Source: Candidatus Hermodarchaeum yapensis
GTDB taxonomy: Archaea > Asgardarchaeota > Hermodarchaeia > Hermodarchaeales > Hermodarchaeaceae
DNA: 29,601 nucleotides
Reading direction: 5' to 3'
NCBI GenBank assembly: GCA_016840405.1
Contig: JAEOSK010000030.1
Coordinates: 1-29,601, forward strand
In this document: piece after piece, positions 25,553 through 29,601 of the stretch
How the letters are laid out: every line of letters begins with the position of its first letter
How positions within the stretch are numbered: the first letter of the stretch is position 1
The notes under the pieces: generated by a model
What the model saw: the letters and a program-made list of their open reading frames with translations, nothing else
Databases searched by the model: none
Told to the model about the DNA's origin: nothing
Made by a program: the position numbers and the translations under genes

Positions 25553-25864
25553 ATGAGTGAAGGATTACGAAAGGTCGTGGGGCTCATCCCCAAAGACCAA
25601 CGAGAACCTGTCTCAACAGCGCTCCTTGACCTGTTACTCAAAACGAAGGCCGCGAAAAACGTTCCAGCCCGAGAAGCCAAAATGGTTCTCCATCTGATGA
25701 TGCGAGATCTCCTTGCCACCGACATGGGCTTGGAAACTCTCTTCACCTGTTCTCTGCGTGCAGAGCCAGTGAAGACCCTAGATGTCATTGGTGATGTCCT
25801 CGGTGGCGTAATGGCTGCAGAAGAAGTCGTCAAGGCACTATCCACGATTGCCGTGGCACAATAG
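25553..25864 (+). CDS. small all-alpha hypothetical protein
   Basis: SD GGTGA at 25540 before ATG 25553; amphipathic helices; structured 3' end. Confidence 0.75.
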   Translation: MSEGLRKVVGLIPKDQREPVSTALLDLLLKTKAAKNVPAREAKMVLHLMMRDLLATDMGLETLFTCSLRAEPVKTLDVIGDVLGGVMAAEEVVKALSTIAVAQ

Positions 25865-25960
25865 ACAGGCGTTCGTCTACGAGTGCCTGTGTAGGAGTTT
25901 CATCCCATCGGCGGGTCCATAACCCTCAGGGCCCGCTGGTGAGTTCTTTTTCCCTTTTTC
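25865..25960 (+). terminator. double stem-loop plus T-tract
   Basis: Stems at 25865-25890 and 25906-25941 with G-U pairs, then TTCTTTTTCCCTTTTT. Confidence 0.7.
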
Positions 25961-26026
25961 ATCCCATAATCTTTTAGGGATGGTTTAGTGTATGTAGCCC
26001 AGAACTACACCAAAGGTGTACGTACG

Positions 26027-26458
26027 ATGCAAATTATCGAAATCTTATTCATATATGTAATTCCCTTCCTTATTTTTTGGATTGCTGGTTCACTCATTCT
26101 CTGGATTGCTGGAAGGATTGTATCAGGACCAGAAAATGCAAAGTTCACCGATGCTCTCTGGATTTCGTTGCTTGGCGCTATTCTTGACCTAGCGCTAGGT
26201 TGGGTCTTTGATAACTTTGTTACACCAGCGTTACCACCCTTAGGACCAATCGTAGACCTTCTAGTTTCACTGTTACCACTAATCATCGTCCTAATTATCT
26301 ACATTTGGCTTATCATGCGCTTCTTTGATACCGGAGTTCTTGGGGCTTTCGCCGTTGGAATCCTCTATGTGATCTTCATTTTCATCATCGGAATTATTAT
26401 GGCCATCCTTGCAGTGACAGTCCTCTTACTACTATTGCCATTCTTACCATGGCCCTGA
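26027..26458 (+). CDS. 4-TM membrane protein
   Basis: SD AGGTG before ATG 26027; FTDAL and FFDTG loop motifs. Confidence 0.75.
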   Translation: MQIIEILFIYVIPFLIFWIAGSLILWIAGRIVSGPENAKFTDALWISLLGAILDLALGWVFDNFVTPALPPLGPIVDLLVSLLPLIIVLIIYIWLIMRFFDTGVLGAFAVGILYVIFIFIIGIIMAILAVTVLLLLLPFLPWP

Positions 26459-26467
26459 TCATTAGAT

Positions 26468-26512
26468 GGGGTGGGCTTGACCTACAAGCCCCCCTTCACC
26501 CTTTCTTTTTTC
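26468..26512 (+). terminator. hairpin plus T-tract
   Basis: GGGCTTG-ACCTA-CAAGCCC, then CTTTCTTTTTT. Confidence 0.65.
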
Positions 26513-26584
26513 AGTCTTTCACTTTGTGACCCGTCTCGAATAGCTATTTAAATGTCAATCCTTGTGAAATAGCAGGGTTGTTCT

Positions 26585-27427
26585 TTGATCAGGCTAGGCA
26601 CCGCTGGTTGGAAATACGAAGACTGGGTAGGCAGCTTCTATCCCTCAAAGAAGCATCAGTTCATCTACTTCAGTAAGATATTCAACACAGCGGAAATCAA
26701 TTCAACCTTCTACAATTTTCCCAGTCGAAAGGTCGTAGCGGCCTGGTCACGAGTACCAGACGATTTTATCTTTACCGCAAAAGTACCTCAAGAGGTCACT
26801 CATAAACTCCGATTGGATGTATCGAAAGGAGCTGACCAACGAATGCAAGATTATTTGCAGCTGATGGCTCCACTTCGAGACGCCCACCGGCTTGGACCGC
26901 TTTTAATTCAGCTGCCTCCTTCTTTTGATTTCGAGCATGTCGAAGTTATTGACGCCTTTTTACAGACGCTCCCTGGCGAGTGGGAATTTGTGGTTGAGTT
27001 TCGACATCGATCATGGATGCAGGACGCGACCTTTGATTTGCTTCGACGCCATCAGGTGGCGTATTGTATCGTTGATGAACCTCTGTTACCATCCCGTGTT
27101 GAAGTGACAGCACCATTTTCCTACATTCGGTGGCACGGTCATGGAAAGAAACTCTGGTACTATTATTTGTATAACCAAGAGGAGCTAGAAGCGTGGGTGC
27201 CTAAGGTTCAAGAGATTGTCAAACAAACACCTAAAGACGTCTATGGCTATTTCAACAATCACTGGCATGGATTTGCAGCAAGGAATTGTGTGGAAATGAT
27301 GGAATTACTGGGTATGCCACATCGTATGCCAAAACATGTACGGGACCGAGTAAATCGTGTGACAGATCAGCGAATTCAACGTAAGAAGAGCCAACAAGCA
27401 TCGTTGAGCCAGTTTGCAGATGAATAG
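26585..27427 (+). CDS. DUF72/YecE family protein
   Basis: GTAGWKYEDW-x-G-x-FYP, EINSTFY, QLPPSF, EFRH-x-SW, YIRWHG, YFNNH. Confidence 0.92.
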   Translation: MIRLGTAGWKYEDWVGSFYPSKKHQFIYFSKIFNTAEINSTFYNFPSRKVVAAWSRVPDDFIFTAKVPQEVTHKLRLDVSKGADQRMQDYLQLMAPLRDAHRLGPLLIQLPPSFDFEHVEVIDAFLQTLPGEWEFVVEFRHRSWMQDATFDLLRRHQVAYCIVDEPLLPSRVEVTAPFSYIRWHGHGKKLWYYYLYNQEELEAWVPKVQEIVKQTPKDVYGYFNNHWHGFAARNCVEMMELLGMPHRMPKHVRDRVNRVTDQRIQRKKSQQASLSQFADE

Positions 27428-27440
27428 ACTTCTACTTTCA

Positions 27441-27866
27441 TTAGTATTCAGGTGATTTTGGTTTGGGCAATGAGATGAGTTTCAGATATTTGTAAACAAT
27501 GAAGTTCAACAGCAAAGAGCAGAAGAGTAAACTAAGCGCAAGCAGGAGATAGTCCCAAAGTAAGGGGTGTGCACCAAAAGCAATTTGGAGGTACCAGAAC
27601 AGAGCGAGAATTACAAAGGCGAAGACGAGTGTAAGAATGTGCATGAAATAGCCCATAAAATGTGTACGTCGTTGCATCCTAAGGTAGACTGGAATGATGA
27701 GAAGAAAGGCATAGAGAATTCCAAGGCTTGCTACCCAAAGGAGATTTTGAGTAAAGGCAAAAGCGAATATCGCGATAACTATGATCAGCAGTATTAATGT
27801 TACAAGAATCGTTGATTGTGTCCAAAACCGTTGTTGTGATGAGGTTTCATTTTCAGTCATGGTCAA
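27441..27866 (-). CDS. 4-TM membrane protein
   Basis: Four hydrophobic helices; CTTTAAT promoter upstream. Confidence 0.7.
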   Translation of the reverse strand: MTMTENETSSQQRFWTQSTILVTLILLIIVIAIFAFAFTQNLLWVASLGILYAFLLIIPVYLRMQRRTHFMGYFMHILTLVFAFVILALFWYLQIAFGAHPLLWDYLLLALSLLFCSLLLNFIVYKYLKLISLPKPKSPEY

Positions 27867-27906
27867 TGACCGCGTTATTTGTTGATTAAAGCGTTATCAT
27901 TGCAGA

Positions 27907-28635
27907 CTATTCTTTGGGGGGTTTAGGGGCAAAGCGAAGTAGACTGAAGGAGGTTAACAGGAGACCCCCAAGCATAAGCATTCGCCCCATGGTAATGATT
28001 GGACAATCTGGATAGGCTTTGGTATCGAGGATTCCTCCAATTACGATGAACAGCAATCCAGTAATTATGGGAATATGCAGCACTTGGTCAACGCCAGCTT
28101 TGAATTGACCGTAATAATAGTCGAGGGCAACCCCGATGTAGAAGATGAAAGGAAGCGCTGTAGCAAGAAGGACAATAAGATCTGGTCTAAGATCCCAGAT
28201 TTGAGCAGAGCAGACAAGTAAAGCAGATTCGGGATTGGTCACCAAGAGGATATCGATCACAACGATAAGCCAGGGTATAAGGAGAACAATGAGAATCCAT
28301 TTCTTAGTGTTAAGCCAATCAGGATAGGCAACAACAAGACTCCACAAGCCCAATAACGTTATGCCTGATATGAATAAGACCCAAAACCCCTGCCAATAGG
28401 GGAACCACAAAGATGCAGCAGAGTGTGGAGGAAAAAACGTTGCACGGAGATTCCAGATAATATGAGCCCCAGCAAAGGCTAGTAAAGCGAGGCCGAAGGC
28501 TAGCGGATTATAGCGCTCTTGACCAGAGCGTATTGAGGCCCGCATTAGAAAAAATAGACCGAATATCAGGGTCGCAACGATAAACGTAAGGCCAATGCCA
28601 AAGGAAATGATGTTATCAAGAATATATTGAATCAT
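27907..28635 (-). CDS. stand-alone 7TM membrane protein (paralog A)
   Basis: Seven hydrophobic segments; motifs shared with 28766-29560; SD GAGG. Confidence 0.75.
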   Translation of the reverse strand: MIQYILDNIISFGIGLTFIVATLIFGLFFLMRASIRSGQERYNPLAFGLALLAFAGAHIIWNLRATFFPPHSAASLWFPYWQGFWVLFISGITLLGLWSLVVAYPDWLNTKKWILIVLLIPWLIVVIDILLVTNPESALLVCSAQIWDLRPDLIVLLATALPFIFYIGVALDYYYGQFKAGVDQVLHIPIITGLLFIVIGGILDTKAYPDCPIITMGRMLMLGGLLLTSFSLLRFAPKPPKE

Positions 28636-28696
28636 TTGAATTCCTCGGATTCAGAATCTTCGGTTCTTGCAATATATAACCTTCACTCAACTGAGT

Positions 28697-28766
28697 AAAA
28701 AAGGAAAAACGCCCCATAAGCCTGCTTGCACGCTTACAGGTGAATCTACTGAAGGATAGCGGGGGC
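28697..28766 (-). terminator. stem plus T-tract between the two 7TM genes
   Basis: Minus strand GCCCC...GGGGC, then GTTTTTCCTTTTTT. Confidence 0.55.
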
Positions 28767-29560
28767 TATTTTATGAACAGGTTCATGAGTCGGTATGAGA
28801 ACCAGAGCAAGAAGAATCCCGCTGCCATAAGGCCCCTCACGGCAATGACAGCCATATCTAAAGCCATTGTTGGATCGATATAGCGTAGACCTACATCAAG
28901 AGTGATTGTAACGAATATGAGAATCAAACCAATCCAAAAAAGCAGGTCTTTCATGAAGACTTTCGAACCGAGAGATCGGCGTTCTCTCATGTAGAGGAAG
29001 TAGAGACCGATGGGGATGATGCAGACATAGATGGCAAGATCAATACCTGACGCAATGAGCATTCCTAGTCCATAGGGATTCGCAGGATTCGGAGCTAAAT
29101 CTTCTACAAAACCATGCCAGATTAAGAGGGGGTCTCCTGAGACGAATGCTGAGGTAAATGCATAGTAGATAAACACAATTGTCCCTACGAAAACGAGTAG
29201 TCTAATCCATGCTCGACGTCCTAGAAGGAGGTCGGGTTTTGTCATTCGGAGTAACCAGAAGACACCGAAAAAGGCACCAATTCCAATATACAGAGCCCAT
29301 TGGAGAGCAAAGGGTTGGATAACTAGCAATAGGGAATCGGCATCAACCAAGATTATTCGGAGTCCCCATATAAGGAATGAGAATGACCAAAACCAAAGTG
29401 TCATGACACCGTATAATAGGAGGGTTCGATCACCACGACCACGAATTGCCTCGATGAATAATTGTAGTCCAAAAATGAACGCAAATATGAAAATCGCAAT
29501 GCTAACGCCTGCGGATAATTGAACAGACAGGTTAATACCTCCAGTGAAGCAGAACTGCAT
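28766..29560 (-). CDS. stand-alone 7TM membrane protein (paralog B)
   Basis: Seven hydrophobic segments; start may be CTG at 29530 after SD GGAGGT. Confidence 0.75.
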   Translation of the reverse strand: MQFCFTGGINLSVQLSAGVSIAIFIFAFIFGLQLFIEAIRGRGDRTLLLYGVMTLWFWSFSFLIWGLRIILVDADSLLLVIQPFALQWALYIGIGAFFGVFWLLRMTKPDLLLGRRAWIRLLVFVGTIVFIYYAFTSAFVSGDPLLIWHGFVEDLAPNPANPYGLGMLIASGIDLAIYVCIIPIGLYFLYMRERRSLGSKVFMKDLLFWIGLILIFVTITLDVGLRYIDPTMALDMAVIAVRGLMAAGFFLLWFSYRLMNLFIK

Positions 29561-29601
29561 GTAAGGAGTTATAAAAATCTGCCTCTTGCGACGAGAAATC
29601 C

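Noticed and set aside
25865-25941. SECIS element or H/ACA guide RNA
   Set aside because: Upstream gene ends in TAG with no in-frame TGA; no AUGA/GA core, pseudouridylation pocket or terminal ACA box.
27907-29560. Microbial rhodopsins (helio- or schizorhodopsin)
   Set aside because: No helix-7 DxxxK/SxxxK retinal lysine and no RY-x-(D/E)W helix-3 motif.

Overview
Gene-dense archaeal chromosomal segment. Evidence for archaeal origin: GGTGA/GGAGGT Shine-Dalgarno motifs, BRE/TTTAA-type TATA promoters, T-tract terminators, xerA, a KaiC/RAD55 ATPase, an AbrB-PhoU regulator, CooC and eL41. An Asgard-like lineage is suggested by gene content and the short eukaryote-like eL41, but this is inference only. 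About 33 conventional CDSs are present: GNAT, ICMT/PEMT, MBL hydrolase, QueG-like Fe-S protein, XerA, HEAT repeat, KaiC-like, two DUF362, UPF0182, CooC, PRTase, PhoU, DUF72, many membrane proteins and two paralogous 7TM proteins. Four small minus-strand genes are missing from the ORF track: a 58-aa protein divergent from xerA, ribosomal eL41/eS32 (22 aa), and an adjacent pair of charge-complementary micro-proteins (25 aa, +13; 26 aa, -14) downstream of a PaaX/ChrB-like gene. This pair is the best candidate for an undescribed system. Two very AT-rich spacers of 400-500 bp next to xerA carry inverted repeats and a shared motif and may be chromosome-maintenance sites. No tRNA, rRNA, CRISPR array or IS element was recognised.
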